The notes under the pieces: model-generated
Seen by the model: the letters and a program-made list of their open reading frames with translations, nothing else
Databases searched by the model: none
What the model was told of the DNA's origin: nothing
Shown: piece after piece, positions 25,604-32,000 of the stretch
How the letters are laid out: every line of letters starts with the position of its first letter
Position numbering within the stretch: the first letter of the stretch is position 1
Program-made: the position numbers and the translations under genes
Assembly (NCBI RefSeq): GCF_001548275.1
Contig: NZ_AP014945.1
Coordinates: 1,170,001 to 1,202,000 of the forward strand
From: Caldimicrobium thiodismutans
GTDB lineage: Bacteria > Desulfobacterota > Thermodesulfobacteria > Thermodesulfobacteriales > Thermodesulfobacteriaceae
Direction of reading: 5' to 3'
Length of the DNA stretch: 32,000 bases

Positions 25604-26798
25604 TTAAGACCTCCATCCAATCTTCAAGAATTTTTTTTATATCAAACTCCTTAGCTCTTTCAACGGCTCTTTGGGCATAGCCTCTTCTTAATTCCTCATC
25701 TTTCAAAAACCTCTTTATCACCTCAACCCACATAAGATCCCTCTCCTCAAAAGGCTCTTTTGCTTCTTTATATTTTACCTCAAAAGGAGGCATAAGCACT
25801 CCATAGCTTGCAAACTCAGGCTCTTTGGTCTGCTTTTCAAAGTCTGTCTCTGGTGCAAGAATCTCCCTTGGACCAGACCTGCAATCAGAAGAAATTACAG
25901 GCACCCCGCAAGCCATAGCCTCAACAATAACATTACCAAAGCCCTCCCAAAGGCTTGGAAAGACAAAAAGCTCAGACCTTGCTATAAACTTGAATGGATT
26001 TTTCTGAAAACCAAGCAAGTAAAGGTCAAAATCCTCAGAAAGCCTGCCTTCGTCCCATACAAAGGTTTTTAGCCCAAGGTTTTGAGAGAGTTTGACAAGA
26101 TAACCTTTTAGCTCTCCTTCTCCAAGTATTACAAGCTTTAAGTTTGGAAAATCCTCCTTCAAAGCCTTAAAGATTCTAATCAAATACCATTGACCTTTCG
26201 GCCTGGTCAGCCTCCCTGCGGTTATTAAAACAGGATTATTAAATATCGGCTCATATTCATTTAATAAGGCTTCCTTTTTCTCCTGTATTTCGTTGAAATA
26301 GACTGGATTATAGATTACTTTTATTTTCTCCCCTGGCAATCCATAAAACTTTTCAAGCTCTGCTTTTATAGATTTTGAAACTGTAATAATAAGGTTTGCC
26401 TTAGGATAGAGTAGTTTATTAAAAAAATTATAAGGGTGCCACCTTTGCCTTCCATACATTTGCGACGTATGGATAGAAATTATAGATTTATGCTTTGAGA
26501 GAAGGGAGGCAATTATATTAACATAATTTGCCCTTTCAAGCATGGAAAGAACAATATCTTGAGCCTTTAACTTTTTTGAAAGTCTTAAAGCATATATAGG
26601 TATAAAGAGTGTTTTGTAGATAGAGCTTGTTTTGGTAGTATGATTGGAGAGATGTTCAATTTTTTCTTCTGGAATTTCATACTTCACTTCCTTTTCCAGA
26701 AGGGAAATTTTTTTAAAGTTTAAGGCTTTAAACAGATTCACTGCAACCCGTTCTGCACCACCACCCGAAAGAGAATTGAGAAGAAGATATGTATTCAT
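25596..26798 (-). CDS. GT4-family glycosyltransferase, paralogue A of a duplicated pair
   Basis: SLSGGGAERV N-terminus and EGFGNVIVEAMACGVPVISSD. About 91 percent identical (by eye) to the product of 28201-29397. Confidence 0.85.
   Translation of the reverse strand: MNTYLLLNSLSGGGAERVAVNLFKALNFKKISLLEKEVKYEIPEEKIEHLSNHTTKTSSIYKTLFIPIYALRLSKKLKAQDIVLSMLERANYVNIIASLLSKHKSIISIHTSQMYGRQRWHPYNFFNKLLYPKANLIITVSKSIKAELEKFYGLPGEKIKVIYNPVYFNEIQEKKEALLNEYEPIFNNPVLITAGRLTRPKGQWYLIRIFKALKEDFPNLKLVILGEGELKGYLVKLSQNLGLKTFVWDEGRLSEDFDLYLLGFQKNPFKFIARSELFVFPSLWEGFGNVIVEAMACGVPVISSDCRSGPREILAPETDFEKQTKEPEFASYGVLMPPFEVKYKEAKEPFEERDLMWVEVIKRFLKDEELRRGYAQRAVERAKEFDIKKILEDWMEVLND
25639..26798. repeat. Direct repeat copy A (1,160 bp) of the GT4 duplication
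   Basis: Aligns without net indels to 28238-29397 at a constant offset of 2,599 bp. Long runs are nucleotide-identical. Confidence 0.9.
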
Positions 26799-26799
26799 T

Positions 26800-27555
26800 T
26801 TAATGACCTTTCTTTATGAAACTTTTTACTTTTGGCAAAACATTGAACCATATATTAAAGTTTAAAAATTTCTCCACTAAACTCCATTCTCTTTTTCTTA
26901 GTTTCACTTCTTGTAAGGAAATGAAGTATAATCTATAGGTTTTTATAATCTTCTCTATGACATCAATCTCTTTACGGTTCATATTGTTAGGATGTAGACA
27001 TATAGTCCAAAGTCCAAAAGGCATTTTTCTGAATTTCCATAATTGCTGAGGTATAAAATACATATTTTCTTCATAAAAAACATCAAAAGCAAAGCAATCA
27101 GAAACTATTCTTATATCTGTTTCCTCATATAAGACTTTTAAAGTATTTTTATCAAAGGTATGAGCTGGTGCAACCCAGACTGTAGGTTTTATACCGTTAT
27201 CCAGAAAGATTTTATACCCCTCTTTTATTTTTTTAGCCTGAACTTCAATAGGTAATCCAGCAAATTCGGTTTTCTTCCACATAGGCACATAACTCCAGCC
27301 CATTCTTTCTACATAAATATGTTCAAAACCATGTAAAGCTATTGTCCAACCCTTGCCTGCCCATCTATTAACTATCTCCCAAAAACCGCTTTCACTTAAA
27401 TCCTTCTGAAATATTAGGGTTTCATCTTTACATCTTGGTATAATCGCTACGATTGGTTTAATGTTATAATTATCAAAAAGCTCTTCCAATTTTAGCCAGC
27501 TTTGTAAATTCATAAACCGGCAGGCATCATCAAGCCTAAGCAAATATTTAGCCAT
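26800..27555 (-). CDS. DUF2334-like polysaccharide deacetylase-fold protein
   Basis: LLRLDDA, ALHGFEH, EFAGL and WVAPAH motifs, as in DUF2334/NodB-related predicted deacetylases. Confidence 0.55.
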   Translation of the reverse strand: MAKYLLRLDDACRFMNLQSWLKLEELFDNYNIKPIVAIIPRCKDETLIFQKDLSESGFWEIVNRWAGKGWTIALHGFEHIYVERMGWSYVPMWKKTEFAGLPIEVQAKKIKEGYKIFLDNGIKPTVWVAPAHTFDKNTLKVLYEETDIRIVSDCFAFDVFYEENMYFIPQQLWKFRKMPFGLWTICLHPNNMNRKEIDVIEKIIKTYRLYFISLQEVKLRKREWSLVEKFLNFNIWFNVLPKVKSFIKKGH

Positions 27556-28219
27556 TGTTCATTACCTCATATAAGATTAAAAACCTTGCTTGCTCACCAC
27601 CATCATCAATTACCTTAACCGTTTTTAAGTTATTAAAGTATTCTTCTAAGTTGTGTATGTAGACCTTATCTTTTTCTTCAGGTGCTAATTTTGATATATA
27701 CTCTGGTGTATAGTTGTCTATTAATATATATCTTACAGCCTTTTTTTCTATAATTTCTCTCAAGCTTGATATCCAATTACTTACTTCCAAACCATGCAAA
27801 AAATTTAACATAATTATTAAATCTATTTTGTAAATTGGTAATCGAATAACCTTCTCAAAACTACCTACTACAAATTTTGTATCTCTATGTAACAACCTTG
27901 CTATAATCAAAGCATTTTTATCAATATCCATTCCATACTTAACCTTAGCATGCACTTTTCCTATAATTTCTCCAAGACCACAACCTACATCAACTACAAC
28001 TTCAGGCTTCAAGGAATTAGCAAGCTCTACAGCTTTTCTTTTATAAGTTCTGCAATAATAATTTCCTTTGATATGCCACCTATCAAATTTTAAAAATTTA
28101 TTAAGAATAATTAAACCTCCCGTATACAAAACACACAGAATAATCCCTTTAAGTCCAAGAAGCTTATATTTTTTTCTCATTTTTTGTGTAATTTTCATTA
28201 TCATATTATCTTTCTCCAC
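27548..28219 (-). CDS. Class I SAM-dependent methyltransferase with N-terminal TM helix (GTG start in track; ATG alternatives downstream)
   Basis: Motif I VVDVGCGLGEIIG and hydrophobic GIILCVLYTGGLIIL near the N-terminus. Confidence 0.7.
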   Translation of the reverse strand: MEKDNMIMKITQKMRKKYKLLGLKGIILCVLYTGGLIILNKFLKFDRWHIKGNYYCRTYKRKAVELANSLKPEVVVDVGCGLGEIIGKVHAKVKYGMDIDKNALIIARLLHRDTKFVVGSFEKVIRLPIYKIDLIIMLNFLHGLEVSNWISSLREIIEKKAVRYILIDNYTPEYISKLAPEEKDKVYIHNLEEYFNNLKTVKVIDDGGEQARFLILYEVMNNG

Positions 28220-29397
28220 TCTTCTACAATTCTTTCAATATCAAACTCTTTAGCTCTTTCAACAGCTCTTTGGGCATAGCCTCTTCTTAATTCCTCATCT
28301 TTCAAAAATCTCTTTATCACCTCAACCCACATAAGCTCTCTCTCCTCAAGAGGCTCGTTTGCTTCTTTATATTTTACCTCAAAAGGAGGCATAAGCACTC
28401 CATAGCTTGCAAACTCAGGCTCTTTGGTCTGCTGTTCAAAGTCTGTCTCTGGTGCAAGAATCTCCCTTGGACCAGACCTGCAATCAGAAGAAATTACAGG
28501 CACCCCGCACGCCATAGCCTCAACAAGGGCATTAGGAAAGCCCTCCCAAAGGCTTGGAAAGACAAAAAGCTCAGACCTTGCTATAAACTTGAATGGATTT
28601 TTCTGAAAGCCAAGCAAGTAAAGGTCAAAATCCTCTGAAAGCCTGCCTTCGTCCCATACAAAGGTTTTTAGCCCAAGGTTTTGAGAGAGTTTGACAAGAT
28701 AACCTTTTAGCTCTCCTTCTCCAAGTATTACAAGCTTTAAGTTTGGAAAATCCTTCTTCAAAGCCTTAAAGATTCTAATCAAATACCATTGACCTTTTTG
28801 CTTGGTCAGCCTTCCTGCAGTTATTAAAACAGGATTATTAAATATCGGCTCATATTCATTTAATAAGGCTTCCTTTTTCTCCTGTATTTCGTTGAAATAG
28901 ACTGGATTATAGATTACTTTTATTTTCTCCCCTGGCAATCCATAAAACTTTTCAAGCTCTGCTTTTATAGATTTTGAAACTGTAATAATAAGGTCTGCTT
29001 TAGGATAGAGTAGTTTATTAAAAAAATTATAAGGGTGCCAAGAAGGTCTTCCATACCTTTGCGACATACGGATAGAAATTATAGATTTATGCTTTGACAA
29101 AAAGGAGGCAACTATATTTACATAATTTGCCCTTTCAAGCATGGAAAGAACAATATCTTGAGCCTTTAACTTTTTTGAAAGTCTTAAAGCATATACAGGT
29201 ATAAAAAGGGTTTTATGGATGGAGCTTGTTTTGGTAGTATGATTGGAGAGATATTCAATTTTTTCTTCTGGAATTTCATACTTCACTTCCTTTTCCAGAA
29301 GGAAAAATTTTTTAAAGTTTAAGGCTTTAAACAGATTCACTGTAACCCGTTCTGCACCACCACCCGAAAGAGAATTGAGAAGAAGATAAGAACTCAT
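28201..29397 (-). CDS. GT4-family glycosyltransferase, paralogue B of the duplicated pair
   Basis: Same architecture as paralogue A. The motif reads EGFPNALVEAMACG, and the C-terminal tail diverges (…DIERIVEEWRKII). Confidence 0.85.
   Translation of the reverse strand: MSSYLLLNSLSGGGAERVTVNLFKALNFKKFFLLEKEVKYEIPEEKIEYLSNHTTKTSSIHKTLFIPVYALRLSKKLKAQDIVLSMLERANYVNIVASFLSKHKSIISIRMSQRYGRPSWHPYNFFNKLLYPKADLIITVSKSIKAELEKFYGLPGEKIKVIYNPVYFNEIQEKKEALLNEYEPIFNNPVLITAGRLTKQKGQWYLIRIFKALKKDFPNLKLVILGEGELKGYLVKLSQNLGLKTFVWDEGRLSEDFDLYLLGFQKNPFKFIARSELFVFPSLWEGFPNALVEAMACGVPVISSDCRSGPREILAPETDFEQQTKEPEFASYGVLMPPFEVKYKEANEPLEERELMWVEVIKRFLKDEELRRGYAQRAVERAKEFDIERIVEEWRKII
28238..29397. repeat. Direct repeat copy B (1,160 bp) of the GT4 duplication
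   Basis: See copy A. Homology stops at the ATG on one side and about 40 bp before the stop codon on the other. Confidence 0.9.
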
Positions 29398-30335
29398 TTT
29401 TTAAACCAATTTTTAATTAAGGGAATACAGGTTTTATAAAGATACAGGTTTGCCTTAAGAAGAATTTTTCTTGGAACCATCTTAACAAATAAGTAATAAA
29501 GATAAGAAAATACTTTTAGTGTTTTATGGTTAACACTTTTTAATGACTCTTTGAAAAATTTGAGTTTATCAGTATCACAACCAAGTTTAGCAAAATACAT
29601 TCCTCTTAAAATATATCTCACATATTGCTTTTGATTTATTTTCAATAAATCTTCTCCAAACTCAAGAATAGTGTAATAGTAATTTAATACCTGTCTCTCA
29701 GGATATCTCTCCATTTGGATAGTTACTCTTCCTGAAGAAACTGTATTGCATATCATTAAAGCTTTATCAATATAATATCCTTTTTTAATTTTCTTAAAAA
29801 TTTTCCACCAGAGTAAAAGCTCAGCTCCCCATGTATCGTCTTTAAACCTCTCGTTATTCAAAAGATAAGTAGCCACAATTAAAAAGTAATCACCATCTAA
29901 GTATCCCCTTAAGAAATCTTCGTAAGTCCACTCCATATCTTTTCCATAAGACAAACCTTTAAATTTACCAGTTTTGGAATCAAGGCAATTAGCCATCACT
30001 ATAGGATAATTTCTTTCCTCTGCATACATTATGAGTGTTTCTATAGCTTCTGGAAGAAGTTGGTCATCATCGTCAACAAAAGTAAAATATTCTCCTGTAA
30101 CATGATCTAAGCCATTATTTTTATTTCCTGTAGGACCATGCATATATTTTTCATTCTTTACATATTTTATTTTATCCATAGGAAATTCTTTAACAATTTC
30201 GCATGCTTTGCCTTCTTTTGTATCATCTGTAACTATTATTTCAAGATTTTTATAAGTTTGTGCTAAAAGACTTTTCAGAGTGTCTTTTAGCGAAGATCTA
30301 CCAATTGTTGGAACTATTATGGAAACTTTTTTCAT
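29394..30335 (-). CDS. GT2-family (GT-A fold) glycosyltransferase
   Basis: VSIIVPTIGRSS, IIVTDD and FVDDDD (DxD) motifs. Confidence 0.85.
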   Translation of the reverse strand: MKKVSIIVPTIGRSSLKDTLKSLLAQTYKNLEIIVTDDTKEGKACEIVKEFPMDKIKYVKNEKYMHGPTGNKNNGLDHVTGEYFTFVDDDDQLLPEAIETLIMYAEERNYPIVMANCLDSKTGKFKGLSYGKDMEWTYEDFLRGYLDGDYFLIVATYLLNNERFKDDTWGAELLLWWKIFKKIKKGYYIDKALMICNTVSSGRVTIQMERYPERQVLNYYYTILEFGEDLLKINQKQYVRYILRGMYFAKLGCDTDKLKFFKESLKSVNHKTLKVFSYLYYLFVKMVPRKILLKANLYLYKTCIPLIKNWFKK

Positions 30336-31384
30336 GGTTTTTCAGTTATAAATTCAGAGGGTAATTGAGCTTGAAAGTATAAATTTGTACCAGTAATTAC
30401 AGGCATAAGTAAAAAAGTAGTTATTAAAAAAGATATATTTCTGGTAATTTTTAGAATTTTAAAAAATATTTTTCTAAAATTTGATGTATTATAAAAATTT
30501 TTGTTTGAAAGTATTTTTTTCTTCACATTTCTTCTAAGATAAACTCCCTTCACGCCAAGTAAAGCATATTCTAATCTTGCTGAATTCTCAAACAGTCTTC
30601 TAAACAGATTAGATATTTGAAGTTCTATTATTAATTTGACCTCAAAACCGCAAAAATTAAGGCATCTTTTTAAAGTATATTCATCAAACCACAAAAAATG
30701 ATGTGGGGGAAAATTGCCCATAGAGTAATTTAAAGATTTTTTCACAAAACTTAACAATCTTCTATTTGGCACGCTTCCTGCAATATAGCCACCGGGTTTT
30801 AAAAGCCTTTTTACATTTTCCAGAAACTCCCTTGGCTTGTCTTGATGTTCAAGCACCTCAAAAAAGGTTATTACATCAAATTTTAGCCCCTCTTTTTCGG
30901 CAAAATCCACAAATTCCTCTAAACTCATAGCATAGACATTTTTAAGTCCCCTTTTTTCTCTACAAACTTCAACACTTTTCCTATCAAAGTCTATCCCCCA
31001 GACTTCAAAGCCCATTTCTTGAGCTCTCTTCAAAAACCTTCCGTCTCCACAGCCTAAATCAAGAAGCCTCCCAGATTTTAAAGGAAAATATTTGAAGAAA
31101 GCCTTATGATTTTCTCCCAGAGTTTCTGCTATTCCTAAGTGAAAGACCGTATAACTTTCACTCCCTTCCTCCTCGTAAAACTCTTTTTCAATCTTTAAAG
31201 GCTCCCACCACTCAAGCTCACACCCTTCACAATGATAAAGCTTATACTCCTTTTTATTCCAATCTGATATATATCTTTGGAGGTAGCTTTGTGAGCCTAC
31301 TTTGGTAGAACACACGGGGCATACTATTATTTCCGGCATCATCGTTATTATAATAACACCACCCCGGTGAAAAAACAATCCCAT
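30332..31384 (-). CDS. Class I SAM-dependent methyltransferase with N-terminal zinc ribbon and C-terminal TM segment; alternative start ATG 31342 (MMPEIIVCPVC)
   Basis: CPVC...CEGC zinc-ribbon pattern, motif I LLDLGCGDGRFL, FEVLEHQ, LKPGGY, and hydrophobic FLITTFLLMPVITG near the C-terminus. Confidence 0.75.
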   Translation of the reverse strand: MGLFFHRGGVIIITMMPEIIVCPVCSTKVGSQSYLQRYISDWNKKEYKLYHCEGCELEWWEPLKIEKEFYEEEGSESYTVFHLGIAETLGENHKAFFKYFPLKSGRLLDLGCGDGRFLKRAQEMGFEVWGIDFDRKSVEVCREKRGLKNVYAMSLEEFVDFAEKEGLKFDVITFFEVLEHQDKPREFLENVKRLLKPGGYIAGSVPNRRLLSFVKKSLNYSMGNFPPHHFLWFDEYTLKRCLNFCGFEVKLIIELQISNLFRRLFENSARLEYALLGVKGVYLRRNVKKKILSNKNFYNTSNFRKIFFKILKITRNISFLITTFLLMPVITGTNLYFQAQLPSEFITEKP

Positions 31385-32000
31385 TATTTTACCTTATGGT
31401 GTTAATTTTGAATAGTCAGACTTATTTACTTTCTAAATTGTCACATTTCTGGTAGTCTCTTCCTCTTTACTATCTCTTTAAAGCATAGGAGACTTTGGAC
31501 TTAAGCAAAATAAGGCAATCATCCAAGCCTTACGCTACTCATTGAAAGTATCTTAAATTTTCTTTTGCAAAAAGAGTTAAAATTAAAACCATTGTGAAAA
31601 AACTAAATATTCCCATCACTAAAGATACTCTTCAGCTATTTATTGCAACAGGAATTAATTCTAAATATTTAAAATACTCAAGAAATATATCATCTCTGCA
31701 GATCAATAAAAGAGGCTCCAACTGCTAAGGAAGGAAAAAGGGCTCTAACCTTTTAGATTTGTAAAATTATTCAGCTAAGACAATGACGCTAAGTGAGCCC
31801 TATAATGTTATTTTTTTCACAAAATATTTACATCTTATAATTTTTGGGTATTCTACTTGAACATCGTTTATATTAGGACATCCTTAAAGATGGGAAGGAT
31901 AGTAGAAAATACATTATTAGAAAAACAATTGAAATTTCTTATTCTTTATATATATTGATTATTATTTATTGGATAAAATAAAATTGTATTAAAAAATATG

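Noticed and set aside
25825-26007. 60-aa plus-strand ORF conserved at 28424-28606
   Set aside because: The conservation is a by-product of the GT4 gene duplication on the opposite strand and is not independent evidence of coding.
31385-32000. AT-rich 600-bp region upstream of the polysaccharide operon, examined for genes or RNAs
   Set aside because: It contains no ORF of 60 aa or more. A 48-codon GTG-initiated frame (about 31595-31740) lacks an RBS and recognisable motifs. No clear structured element or repeat was seen. It probably contains the operon promoter, but I could not pin down a convincing -35/-10 pair.

Overview
This is a 32-kb piece of a low-GC bacterial chromosome. The proteins are rich in Glu, Lys and Ile, and many genes share ATGA start/stop overlaps, which suggests a thermophile. 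The taxon cannot be fixed from sequence alone. Bases 1-12,000 are housekeeping: a pfk 3' end, ftsH, an FG-GAP secreted protein, queF plus an AhbA/B-like gene, a cysteine desulfurase, nagZ, a class I fumarase alpha subunit, rsmD and speH-like/speE. One orphan ATPase-nuclease gene sits among them. A tRNA-Pro(GGG) at 12066-12139 marks the edge of a 2.4-kb accessory patch. That patch holds decayed IS-derived miniature elements, an RHH-PIN toxin-antitoxin pair and an interrupted coiled-coil gene. Next come a porin, cutA and hisF. A HEPN-MNT pair is fused onto the hisF stop codon, followed by two convergent COG1373-like ATPases. The first ATPase lies behind a triple palindromic operator. From 21.1 to 31.4 kb a nine-gene minus-strand polysaccharide operon contains a 1.16-kb near-identical direct duplication of a GT4 gene, which brackets a deacetylase-like gene and a methyltransferase. 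The most notable signals are: (1) the operator/leaderless-promoter architecture shared by the orphan ATPase genes; (2) an AdoMet-decarboxylase homologue lacking its catalytic Ser, Glu and Cys; (3) a hairpin-rich IS-derived repeat family; (4) the GT4 duplication. No rRNA genes or CRISPR arrays were seen.
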